32,000 nt of DNA, from assembly GCF_001457595.1 (NCBI RefSeq), contig NZ_LN831039.1, forward strand, positions 1,710,001-1,742,000, written 5' to 3'. The DNA comes from Mycolicibacterium smegmatis. Lineage in GTDB: Bacteria > Actinomycetota > Actinomycetes > Mycobacteriales > Mycobacteriaceae. The notes beneath the pieces were generated by a model. It had not been told where the DNA came from, searched no databases, and worked only from the letters and a program-made list of their open reading frames with translations. Below, in pieces: positions 1 through 7,671 of this stretch (the stretch's first letter is position 1; every line of letters starts with the position of its first letter). The translations under genes were made by a program, and so were the position numbers.

Positions 1-172
1 GCAGCCCGGTGGCGAACTGTACGGGCTCGAACAACTGTCGGGCGGCCTGGTGCTGTTCGGTGGAGGCCTGCTGCTGGAACGTGACGGCGCGGTCATCGGC
101 GCCATCGGCGTCAGCGCCGGAAGCGTCGAGCAGGACGTGAAGGTCGCCGAGGCCGGCGTCGCCGCACTCTGA
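1..172 (+). CDS. C-terminal fragment of GlcG/HbpS-like (DUF336, related to PduO C-terminal domain) heme-binding family protein, 5'-truncated by the window
   Basis: Open frame from base 2 to TGA at 170-172: ...GELYGLEQLSGGLVLFGGGLLLERDGAVIGAIGVSAGSVEQDVKVAEAGVAAL*. The G-G-L-L-x-x-x-G-x-V-I-G-A-I-G-V-S-G-x-x-x-x-x-D pattern is typical of the family. Confidence 0.75.
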   Translation, partial: QPGGELYGLEQLSGGLVLFGGGLLLERDGAVIGAIGVSAGSVEQDVKVAEAGVAAL

Positions 173-187
173 CGCTTCAGGAATCGC

Positions 188-886
188 TCAGTCCACGAGC
201 ACACAGTCGCCGCAGTATCCGCCGCCGGGCACCTGATAGAACAGGCAACAGTTCCGGCGGCGGAACCGGCCGTCGGTGACCTCGGCGGTGCCGAGCAACG
301 GCTCGGCCGCGATCATGTCTCGCACGAGTGCGCGGCCGAAACCCTCGGCGCCGGGTCGGTTCTGGGCGAGCACCGTCACCGCACCGTTGGCGGCCGACGC
401 GATGTTGCCCCACATCACCTGCGGTGGCAGCGAAACCGCCTGCTGCATGGCCGTGTTCAGCAGACGTAGGACGCCGTCGACCAGCGTCGCGGTGATCTCG
501 GCGGCCGCCGAGCCCGCGTCGGGCACGGGTGACCACTCGACGCGGGAAACGCCCAACGCCGGCCGGTGCGACGAATCGTCGTGCCAGAACACCGAATCCG
601 GTGTCAGCGACGGTACAGCGGACAGGCACGCCGCCGCGCCGACGGCGGGGGAGAGCAGGCGCGACACGATCGACAGGTGCAGCGACGATGCCGCGGCCCT
701 GACCGGGACATCGTCGACGCCGATGCCGAACCCGGTCGCGGTCGCCGCACGCATGCGCGACGTGTACTCGCGCAGGATCGCGGCGTCGCCGCACAACGTG
801 TCCACGGGTCGCCACGAACCACCCGCGACGGGCAGAGCGAAGAACTCACCCAACGCCGCAAGCGCACCCAGATTCCGATTCTCCAT
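188..886 (-). CDS. FhuF-like ferric iron reductase / (2Fe-2S)-binding protein
   Basis: ORF 188..1000; likely internal start at MENRNLG (886). The C-terminus RRNCCLFYQVPGGGYCGDCVL carries the C-C-x10-C-x2-C signature of the FhuF C-terminal domain. Confidence 0.7.
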   Translation of the reverse strand: MENRNLGALAALGEFFALPVAGGSWRPVDTLCGDAAILREYTSRMRAATATGFGIGVDDVPVRAAASSLHLSIVSRLLSPAVGAAACLSAVPSLTPDSVFWHDDSSHRPALGVSRVEWSPVPDAGSAAAEITATLVDGVLRLLNTAMQQAVSLPPQVMWGNIASAANGAVTVLAQNRPGAEGFGRALVRDMIAAEPLLGTAEVTDGRFRRRNCCLFYQVPGGGYCGDCVLVD

Positions 887-1040
887 TGTGGGCACACGGT
901 AATCGGTGGATCGATACAGTGCGCACGCCCGCCTTGACCTGCGACGCAACGCTCGTGCAACGTGAGCCAGAGCACAATTGGTACTTGCGTAAGAGAACAC
1001 GCCTGGGCGAGTGATCGCCCCGCATCAGTTGGGAGCTTGC

Positions 1041-1469
1041 ATGTCAGAACCCGTCCTCGATCCCGCGGTCGACTACCCGCTGAGCCTCAACCGCAAGGAC
1101 CTGCTCACCACGCCCAACGGCAAGCCGATCGATGCCATCACGATGGACGCCGTGATGTCGGGCGAGGTGTCCGCGTCGGATCTGCGCATCACTCCGGAGA
1201 CCCTGCGGTTGCAGGCCCAGATCGCCGAGGGGGTGGGGCGCAAACAGCTCGGCGCCAACCTGCGCCGCGCTGCGGAGATGACCGCCATCAGCGACGAGCG
1301 CGTGCTGCAGATCTACAACGCGCTGCGCCCCAACGCCTCGACCAAGGCCGAACTCGACGCGATCGCCGAGGAGTTGGAGACCCAGTACGGAGCGACGATG
1401 CTGGCCGGCCTCGTCCGCGAGGCCGCCGACGTCTACGAGCGCCGCGACATCCTGGCCACCAGCGAATAG
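1041..1469 (+). CDS. pduE: Adenosylcobalamin-dependent diol/glycerol dehydratase, small (gamma) subunit
   Basis: Starts MSEPVLDPAVDYPLSLNRKDLLTTPNGKPIDAITMDAVMSGEVSASDLRITPETLRLQAQIAE; gamma-subunit type, immediately upstream of the large subunit. Confidence 0.88.
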   Translation: MSEPVLDPAVDYPLSLNRKDLLTTPNGKPIDAITMDAVMSGEVSASDLRITPETLRLQAQIAEGVGRKQLGANLRRAAEMTAISDERVLQIYNALRPNASTKAELDAIAEELETQYGATMLAGLVREAADVYERRDILATSE

Positions 1470-1478
1470 GAGACACCT

Positions 1479-3191
1479 GTGACGACAGCCAGAAATCTGG
1501 GCACCGAGGCCAAGCGCCAGTCGGAACGCACCAAGCTCCTGGAGGAGCGCCCGGTCAACCTCGACGGCTTCGTCCAGGAGTGGCCCGAGGTCGGCATGGT
1601 CGCGATGGACAGCGCGTTCGACCCCGAACCCAGTGTGCGGGTGGAGAACGGCGTGATCGTGGAGATGGACGGCCGCGCCCGCGCCGACTTCGACTTCATC
1701 GACCAGTTCATCGCCGACCACGCCATCGATGTGGCCACCACCGAGCAGTCGATGGCTCTGCCGGCCGTCGAGATCGCGCGCATGCTGGTGGATCCGCGCG
1801 TGACCCGCGACGAGGTGATCGCGGTGACCGGCGGGCTGACCCCGGCCAAGCTGCTGGAGGTCGCCAAGAACCTCAACATCGTCGAGATCATGATGGGCAT
1901 CCAGAAGATGCGGGCCCGTCGCACCCCGGCGAACCAGGCACACTGCACCAGCGCCCGTGACAATCCGCTGCAGGTCGCGTGTGAGGCCGCCGAGGCGTCG
2001 CTGCGCGGGTTCTCCGAAGTGGAAACCACTTTGGGCGTCGTGCGGTACGCGCCGCTGGTGGCGATGGCGCTGCAGATCGGCAGCCAGGTGGGCTCCGGCG
2101 GCCTGCTGACCCAGTGCGCGCTGGAGGAGGCCACCGAACTCGAACTCGGCATGCGCGGCATCACGGCCTACGCCGAGACGATCTCGGTGTACGGCACCGA
2201 ATCGGTGTTCGTCGACGGTGACGACACCCCGTGGTCCAAGGCGTTCCTCGCGGCGGCCTACGCGTCGCGCGGCATCAAGATGCGGTTCACCTCCGGCACC
2301 GGATCCGAGGTGCAGATGGGCAACGCCGAGGGCCGCTCGATGCTGTACCTGGAGATCCGCTGCATCCTGGTGGCCAAGGGCGCGGGGGTGCAGGGCCTGC
2401 AGAACGGCTCGATCTCGTGCATCGGCGTGCCGGGCGCGGTGCCCGCGGGCATCCGTGCGGTGGCCGCGGAGAACCTCATCGCCTCCGCGGTGGACCTCGA
2501 ATGCGCGTCGGGCAACGACCAGTCGTTCTCGCACTCGCCGATGCGGCGGACGGCACGCCTGCTGCCGCAGATGCTGCCGGGCACCGACTTCGTCTGCTCG
2601 GGGTACTCCGCAGTCCCCAACTACGACAACATGTTCGCCGGGTCCAACCTCGACGCCGAGGATTTCGACGACTTCAACACCATCCAGCGCGATCTGCAGG
2701 TCGACGGCGGCCTGCGGCACGTGAACGAGGCCGAGATCGTCGCCGCGCGCCGCCGGGCCGCCCAGGCCCTGCAGGCCGTGTTCCGGTACCTCGATCTGCC
2801 CGCGATCACCGACGCGGAGATCGAGGCGGCGGTGTACGCACACGGCAGCCGTGAGCTGATCCCGCGTGACGTGCTCGAGGACCTCAAGGGTGCGCAGCAG
2901 GTCATGGACCGCAACGTCACCGGCCTGGACCTGGTGAAGGCACTGGAGTCCACCGGGTTCGCCGACATCGCCGAGAACCTGCTCGCCGTTCTGCGGCAGC
3001 GGGTTTCGGGCGACCTGCTGCAGACGTCGGCGATCATGACGCGCGATCTGAAGCCGCTGTCGGCGGTCAACGACCGCAACGACTACGCCGGACCGGGCAC
3101 CGGGTACCGCCCGTCCGGTGCGCGGTGGGAGGAGATGAAACGGCTGCGTCACGTCACCAGCGCCGAGAACCCCGAACTGGAGGTGGAGTGA
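1479..3191 (+). CDS. pduC: Adenosylcobalamin-dependent diol/glycerol dehydratase, large (alpha) subunit
   Basis: 570 aa; motifs such as RRTPANQAHCTSARDNPLQ, ETTLGVVRYAPLVAMALQIGSQ, MRFTSGTGSEVQMG, SISCIGVPGAVPAGIRAV and CASGNDQSFSHSPMRRTARLLPQMLPGTDF; GTG start. Confidence 0.93.
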   Translation: MTTARNLGTEAKRQSERTKLLEERPVNLDGFVQEWPEVGMVAMDSAFDPEPSVRVENGVIVEMDGRARADFDFIDQFIADHAIDVATTEQSMALPAVEIARMLVDPRVTRDEVIAVTGGLTPAKLLEVAKNLNIVEIMMGIQKMRARRTPANQAHCTSARDNPLQVACEAAEASLRGFSEVETTLGVVRYAPLVAMALQIGSQVGSGGLLTQCALEEATELELGMRGITAYAETISVYGTESVFVDGDDTPWSKAFLAAAYASRGIKMRFTSGTGSEVQMGNAEGRSMLYLEIRCILVAKGAGVQGLQNGSISCIGVPGAVPAGIRAVAAENLIASAVDLECASGNDQSFSHSPMRRTARLLPQMLPGTDFVCSGYSAVPNYDNMFAGSNLDAEDFDDFNTIQRDLQVDGGLRHVNEAEIVAARRRAAQALQAVFRYLDLPAITDAEIEAAVYAHGSRELIPRDVLEDLKGAQQVMDRNVTGLDLVKALESTGFADIAENLLAVLRQRVSGDLLQTSAIMTRDLKPLSAVNDRNDYAGPGTGYRPSGARWEEMKRLRHVTSAENPELEVE

Positions 3192-3193
3192 TC

Positions 3194-3790
3194 ATGAGTG
3201 CGCAGAGCACACAGGCACAGCGCACGCTCGAGCTGGTCGGTGACAGCCCCGCCGAACCCGGCAAGCGGTCCGACGAGGTGGTGCTGGCCGTGTCGCCGGC
3301 GTTCGCCGACTTCTTCAGCCAGACCATCATCGGGTTGTCCCACGCCGACGTGATCCGCGAGATCCTCGCAGGCATCGAGGAACAGGAAGTCCACGCCCGC
3401 TGTATCCGCGTGCGCCACAGCAGCGATCTGGCGGTCCTCGCGCACACCGCGGCGAAGCTGTCCGGCTCGGGCATCGGCATCGGGATCCTGTCGCGTGGCA
3501 CGTCGATGATCCACCAGCGGGACCTGCCGCGGCTGTCGAGCCTCGAGCTGTTCCCGCAGAGCCCGCTGATGACGCTGGAGACCTACCGGTCCATCGGGTC
3601 CAACGCCGCGCAGTACGCGAAAGGCGAGTCGCCCGAACCGGTTCCGACGCTCAACGACCAGATGGCCCGCCCGCGCTGGCAGGCCAAGGCGGCGCTGCTG
3701 CACCTCAAGGAGACCGAGCAGGTCGTCAAGCAGGCGAAGCCCGTCGAGGTGGTGCCGCAGTTCGGCGTCGCCGAGGCACTGGGGACCTGA
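3194..3790 (+). CDS. pduD: Diol/glycerol dehydratase, medium (beta) subunit
   Basis: ATG 3194 just after the large-subunit stop (3189-3191); VVLAVSPAFADFFSQTIIGLSHADVIREILAGIEEQEVHARCIRVRHSSDLAVLAHTAAKLSGSGIGIGILSRGTSMIHQRDLPRLSSLELFPQSPLMTLETYR is typical. Confidence 0.9.
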   Translation: MSAQSTQAQRTLELVGDSPAEPGKRSDEVVLAVSPAFADFFSQTIIGLSHADVIREILAGIEEQEVHARCIRVRHSSDLAVLAHTAAKLSGSGIGIGILSRGTSMIHQRDLPRLSSLELFPQSPLMTLETYRSIGSNAAQYAKGESPEPVPTLNDQMARPRWQAKAALLHLKETEQVVKQAKPVEVVPQFGVAEALGT

Positions 3791-5661
3791 TGGCACTTAC
3801 CGTTGTCGGCGTCGACATCGGTAACTCGACCACCGAGGCCAGCGCCGCGGCGATCGAATCGGACGGTTCGGTGCGGTTCCTCGGCGCGGCGCTGACCGCG
3901 ACGACCGGGATCAAGGGCACACCCAAGAACGTCGACGGCGTCGCGGCCGCGGTGACGCGCGCTCTCGCCGAGGCCGGGATCGCGCCCGCCGAACTCGACG
4001 TCGTCCTGCTCAACGAGGCCACCCCGGTGATCAGCGGGCTCGCGATGGAGACCATCACCGAGACCATCATCACCGAGTCGACGATGATCGGGCACGATCC
4101 GCGCACCCCCGGCGGTCGCGGACTCGGCGTCGGGACCACGGTCGCGTTCGACGCGCTGCCCGAAGCCGATCCGGGTGCCGGGTTCGACGCGGGGGTGATC
4201 GTCGTCGTCCCGAAAGGCGTCGACTTCGAGGCCGCCGCGCACACGATCAACGCGGCCACACGCCGCGGTGTCAAGGTGACCGCAGCGATCCTCGGCAACG
4301 ACGACGCCGTGCTGGTGGTCAACCGCCTCGACACCAGGATCCCCGTCATCGACGAGGTGTCGCGCATCGACGCGGTCCCGCTCGGCATGCTCGCGGCCGT
4401 CGAGGTCGCCGGGCCCGGCCAGTCGATCCGCACGCTGTCCAACGCGTTCGGTCTCGCCACGATCTTCGACCTCGACGCCGCGGCCACCAAGGTGGTCTCG
4501 CCGGTGGCCCGCGCCCTGACCGGCAACCGGTCGGCGGTCGTGGTGCGCACGCCGGCAGGCGACGTCGCCGACCGGACCATCCCCGCGGGATCCCTTGAGC
4601 TGAGCGGGGAACGGCGGAAGGCCTCCATCGACGTGTCCCGCGGGGCCGTCGAGATCATGGCCGCCGTCGAGCGCGTCGCCCCGCTCACCGACGTCGTCGG
4701 CGAATCCGGCACCAACACCGGCGGCATGATCTCCAACGTGCGCCAGAGCATGGCCGACCTGTCCCAGCACGACGCCGCCGACGTGCGCATCCAGGATCTG
4801 CTGGCCGTCGACACCTTTGTGCCGCAGGAGGTTCGCGGCGGCGTGGCCGGCGAGGTCGCGCTGGAGAACGCCGTCGCGCTGGCGGCCATGGTGCGCACCA
4901 AGGAAAGCGGTATGCGCGCGGTGGCCGACGCGGTCCGCGACCGTCTGCGTGCCACCGGCGCGACCGGCGCCGACGTCGAGGTCGGTGGCGTGGAGGCCGA
5001 GATGGCGGTGCTGGGCGCGCTGACCACACCGGGCACCGACCAGCCACTCGTGGTGCTCGATCTCGGCGGCGGATCCACCGACGCAGCCCTGATCGAGGCC
5101 GACGGCACCATCGACGCCGTGCACCTCGCGGGCGCGGGCGATCTGGTGACCAAATTGATCGACGCCGAACTCGGACTGGACAACCTGGAACTCGCCGAGG
5201 ACGTCAAGCGGTACCCGCTGGGCAAGGCCGAGAGCTTCTTCCACGTCCGCCTGGAGAACGGCACCGTGCAGTTCTTCGAGAAGGCGCTGCCCACAACGGC
5301 GTTCGCACGGGTCGTCGCGCTCGCGGACAACGGCATGACCCCGATACCCACGCGGCATTCGCTGGAGCGCATCAGGGCCGTGCGCCGCACCGCCAAGGAG
5401 CGCGTGTTCGTCGTCAACGCGTTGCGGGCACTGCGAGCCATCGCCCCTGCCGGTGATCTGCGCCAGATCGACTTCGTGGTGCTGCTCGGCGGGTGCGCGC
5501 TGGACTTCGAGATCCCCGAACTCATCGCCGACGCGCTCGCTCCGTACGGGATCGTCTGCGGTACAGGAAATGTGCGGGGGACCGAGGGGCCGCGCAACGC
5601 CGTGGCCTCGGGGCTGGTGGCCGCGCACGCCCAGAAACCGGGGACGCCCCTTGACGCGTAG
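3790..5661 (+). CDS. ddrA: Diol/glycerol dehydratase reactivating factor, large subunit (DdrA/PduG-type)
   Basis: 623 aa; VVGVDIGNSTTEAS N-terminus, LDLGGGSTDAALI ASKHA-type phosphate motif, GTEGPRNAVASGL C-terminus; 1-nt overlap (TGATG) with the medium subunit. Confidence 0.92.
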   Translation: MALTVVGVDIGNSTTEASAAAIESDGSVRFLGAALTATTGIKGTPKNVDGVAAAVTRALAEAGIAPAELDVVLLNEATPVISGLAMETITETIITESTMIGHDPRTPGGRGLGVGTTVAFDALPEADPGAGFDAGVIVVVPKGVDFEAAAHTINAATRRGVKVTAAILGNDDAVLVVNRLDTRIPVIDEVSRIDAVPLGMLAAVEVAGPGQSIRTLSNAFGLATIFDLDAAATKVVSPVARALTGNRSAVVVRTPAGDVADRTIPAGSLELSGERRKASIDVSRGAVEIMAAVERVAPLTDVVGESGTNTGGMISNVRQSMADLSQHDAADVRIQDLLAVDTFVPQEVRGGVAGEVALENAVALAAMVRTKESGMRAVADAVRDRLRATGATGADVEVGGVEAEMAVLGALTTPGTDQPLVVLDLGGGSTDAALIEADGTIDAVHLAGAGDLVTKLIDAELGLDNLELAEDVKRYPLGKAESFFHVRLENGTVQFFEKALPTTAFARVVALADNGMTPIPTRHSLERIRAVRRTAKERVFVVNALRALRAIAPAGDLRQIDFVVLLGGCALDFEIPELIADALAPYGIVCGTGNVRGTEGPRNAVASGLVAAHAQKPGTPLDA

Positions 5662-6025
5662 CGCCGGACAGCCCGAGCGGCCCGTGATCCAGGTGTTCAC
5701 CGCGCTGACGGGCGCTTCCGGGGAGTATGCGGCGGTCACCCGCGACGTGCTGGCCGGCATCGAGGAAGAAGGCGTCCCGTACGCCGTGACGACGGTCGCC
5801 GAGGACGTGCCCGTGGCGGATCTGGCGCGCCGGGCCGCCATGAGGTCGCCACTTCAGGTGGGGGTGGGGATCGGCGCAGGCGGCGGGGTCTGCGTGCACC
5901 ACGACATGCTGGAAGATCCCTTGCCCGAGTTGAGTTCTGCCGACCCCGCTGATTCGGTGGCCGCGCGGATGCTCGGGCACAACGCGGCGCGAATCGTCGT
6001 CGGTTTGCCACTCAAACCTGATTGA
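5651..6025 (+). CDS. ddrB: Diol/glycerol dehydratase reactivating factor, small subunit (DdrB/PduH-type)
   Basis: In-frame TTG 5651 or GTG 5684 start; VIQVFTALTGASGEYAAVTRDVLAGIEEEGVPYAVTTV...VGVGIGAGGGVCVHHDML...ADSVAARMLGHNAARIVVGLPLK. Confidence 0.85.
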   Translation: MTRSAGQPERPVIQVFTALTGASGEYAAVTRDVLAGIEEEGVPYAVTTVAEDVPVADLARRAAMRSPLQVGVGIGAGGGVCVHHDMLEDPLPELSSADPADSVAARMLGHNAARIVVGLPLKPD

Positions 6026-6086
6026 TCTCATCCGGTTTGCGCGTTGGGGTGGACAGCCACGCCATCGGGGGAGATACTCATTGATC

Positions 6087-6204
6087 AAAGGTTGAGTTTC
6101 CAACCTTTAGGTCCGTGCAGGGTGGCGCGGCCGACGCTCGAAGCCCGAGAACCGGGGGCCGAAAGGTGGTTACACCGGTCAGTTGCACCGACGGTGAGCA
6201 ACTG
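6087..6204 (+). promoter_or_regulatory. Inverted repeats / putative structured leader upstream of the ethanolamine permease
   Basis: Perfect 8-bp inverted repeat AAAGGTTG(6087-6094)-AGTTTC-CAACCTTT(6101-6108); second predicted hairpin CAGTTG-CACC-GAC-GGTG-AG-CAACTG (6180-6204) in the 233-nt region between ddrB and the permease start. Confidence 0.5.
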
Positions 6205-6258
6205 GCGCTCGTCGAATCCGACGCGAATCCAATGGCATTGCAAACAAGGGAGTTTGAC

Positions 6259-7671
6259 ATGGCGGGTGTGGAAGAACACCTGGAAAGTGCAGATTACCTG
6301 CAGAAGCGCCAGCTCAAATCGGGCAGCGCGGGATGGGTGCTGCTCGCCGGACTGGGCGTCAGTTACGTCATCTCGGGTGACTACTCCGGGTGGAACTTCG
6401 GCCTCGAACAAGGCGGCTTCGGCGGCCTGGCGATCGCGGCCATCATCATCGCCGGCATGTACCTGGCCCTCGTGCTGGGCATGGCCGAACTGTCCTCGGC
6501 GCTTCCCGCGGCAGGTGGCGGCTACACGTTCGCCCGCCGGGCCCTCGGCCCGTGGGGCGGTTTCGCGACCGGCACCGCGATCCTCATCGAGTACTCCATC
6601 GCACCCGCGGCCATCGCCACCTTCATCGGCGCATACGTCGAGTCCCTCGGCCTGTTCGGCATCACTGCCGGGTGGTGGATCTACCTCGTGGCGTTCGCGA
6701 TCTTCATCGGCATCCACCTCGCGGGTGTGGGTGAGGCGCTCAAGGTGATGTTCGTGATCACCGCCATCGCCATGGTGGGCCTGGTGGTGTTCGCCCTCGC
6801 CGCGATCGGCCAGTTCGACGCGTCCAACCTGACCAACATCGCGCCCGACGCAGGCGCCGCCGGTGCGTCGTCCTTCCTGCCGCACGGCTACCTCGGAATC
6901 TGGGCCGCGATCCCGTTCGCGATCTGGTTCTTCCTCGCGATCGAGGGCGTGCCCCTGGCCGCGGAGGAAACCGTCGATCCCGAGCGCAACGTGCCCCGCG
7001 GCATCATCGCGGGCATGGGTGTCCTGCTGGTAACCTGCGTCGTGGTGCTGTTCCTGGTGACCGGCGCCGGTGGTGCCGAACAGATGTCGACGTCGGGCAA
7101 CCCGCTCGTCGAGGCGCTCGGTGACGGCACCGCGGCCAAGGTCGTCAACTACATCGGCCTCGCGGGCCTGATCGCGAGCTTCTTCTCGATCATCTACGCC
7201 TACTCGCGCCAGTTGTTCGCCCTGTCGCGTGCCGGCTACCTGCCGCGGGCGTTGTCGGTGACCAACAAGCGCAAGGCGCCGACGCTGGCGCTGGTGATCC
7301 CCGGCATCATCGGCTTCCTACTGTCGCTGACCGGCCAGGGCGACCTGCTGCTCAACATGGCGGTGTTCGGCGCGGCGCTGAGCTACGTGCTCATGATGGT
7401 CAGCCACATCACGCTGCGCGTGCGTGAACCCAACATGCCGCGGCCGTACCGCACCCCGGGCGGCGCCGTGACCACCGGGTTCGCGCTCGTCGTCGCATGC
7501 TTCGCGGTGATCGCGACGTTCCTGGTGAACCCGATCGCCGCGGGCCTGTGCCTGCTGGTGTTCGCCGGATTCATGCTCTATTTCGCGGTGTACAGCCGCC
7601 ACCGCCTGGTGGCCAACTCGCCCGACGAGGAATTCGCCATGCTGGCAGAAGCGGAGAACGAACTGAAGTGA
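6259..7671 (+). CDS. eat: Ethanolamine permease (APC superfamily)
   Basis: Multispanning hydrophobic protein with YVISGDYSGWNFGLEQGGFGGLAIAAIIIAGMYLALVLGMAELSSALPAAGGGYTFARRALGPWGGFATG; directly upstream of eutB; ribosome-binding-like AAGGGAG before ATG 6259. Confidence 0.87.
   Translation: MAGVEEHLESADYLQKRQLKSGSAGWVLLAGLGVSYVISGDYSGWNFGLEQGGFGGLAIAAIIIAGMYLALVLGMAELSSALPAAGGGYTFARRALGPWGGFATGTAILIEYSIAPAAIATFIGAYVESLGLFGITAGWWIYLVAFAIFIGIHLAGVGEALKVMFVITAIAMVGLVVFALAAIGQFDASNLTNIAPDAGAAGASSFLPHGYLGIWAAIPFAIWFFLAIEGVPLAAEETVDPERNVPRGIIAGMGVLLVTCVVVLFLVTGAGGAEQMSTSGNPLVEALGDGTAAKVVNYIGLAGLIASFFSIIYAYSRQLFALSRAGYLPRALSVTNKRKAPTLALVIPGIIGFLLSLTGQGDLLLNMAVFGAALSYVLMMVSHITLRVREPNMPRPYRTPGGAVTTGFALVVACFAVIATFLVNPIAAGLCLLVFAGFMLYFAVYSRHRLVANSPDEEFAMLAEAENELK

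Noticed and set aside
887-1040. Possible adenosylcobalamin riboswitch before the dehydratase operon
   Set aside because: I looked for a B12 box (GCCACTG-like) and the associated leader pattern and did not see it; the 154-nt region is also short. An Infernal scan against RF00174 would settle it.
1044-3152. 702-aa ORF on the minus strand opposite the dehydratase small and large subunits
   Set aside because: Classic high-GC mirror ORF; compositionally biased (Arg/Gly/Ala/His-rich), no recognizable motif, while the plus strand has well-conserved enzyme sequences.
3583-5841. 752-aa and 623-aa minus-strand ORFs opposite ddrA
   Set aside because: Antisense artefacts of GC-rich coding DNA; plus-strand DdrA is unambiguous.
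6087-6108. ANTAR-type antiterminator target like those controlling eut genes in Firmicutes
   Set aside because: The hexaloop AGTTTC has A1 but not the expected G4, and a second matching hexaloop hairpin was not found; retained only as a generic inverted repeat.
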